From contig NC_042999.1 in NCBI RefSeq assembly GCF_006345805.1, forward strand, positions 86,924,001 to 86,988,000: 64,000 nt of DNA. The letters run 5' to 3'. Below, in pieces: positions 63,983 to 64,000 of this stretch; position 1 is the stretch's first letter; every line of letters begins with the position of its first letter. The DNA is from Octopus sinensis. Its lineage: Eukaryota. The translations under genes were made by a program, and so were the position numbers. The notes under the pieces were generated by a model, which searched no databases, was not told the DNA's origin, and saw only the letters and a list, made by a program, of their open reading frames with translations.

Positions 63983-64000
63983 AAAGACGAAGACAGATGT

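Overview
AT-rich, microsatellite-dense eukaryotic DNA made up mostly of transposable elements and simple repeats. The SINE and repeat make-up suggests an octopus/cephalopod genome; this is an inference, not checked. No complete protein-coding gene, rRNA, genuine tRNA or CRISPR array is visible, and most ORF-track entries are microsatellite read-throughs or antisense shadows of TEs. Main contents: (1) About 11 insertions from about 8 lineages of RLE-type non-LTR retrotransposons (R4/Dong-like: RT, CCHC, PD-(D/E)xK endonuclease), nearly all sitting in (AAT)n tracts with AAT on the sense strand. They include four copies of one family, three of them young. (2) Three copies of a short repeat carrying a minimal type I hammerhead-ribozyme fold, plus two copies of a second, degenerate hammerhead-like family. 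(3) At least three tRNA-derived SINE families and a ~0.6-kb non-coding (AAT)n-tailed element with internal direct repeats. (4) Decayed DNA transposons (mariner with TIRs and TA TSD, Tc1, SPIN/GTF2IRD2-like hAT, Chapaev-like CMC with an intron) and fragments of RTE, Tx1/L1 and another APE-type LINE. (5) A repeat-poor island at about 18.4-22 kb with a candidate first coding exon encoding a signal-peptide-like sequence. The most interesting structure is 39.4-46.5 kb, where hammerhead-bearing units and RLE LINEs alternate head-to-tail through (AAT)n spacers. TE boundaries are approximate unless a junction is quoted.
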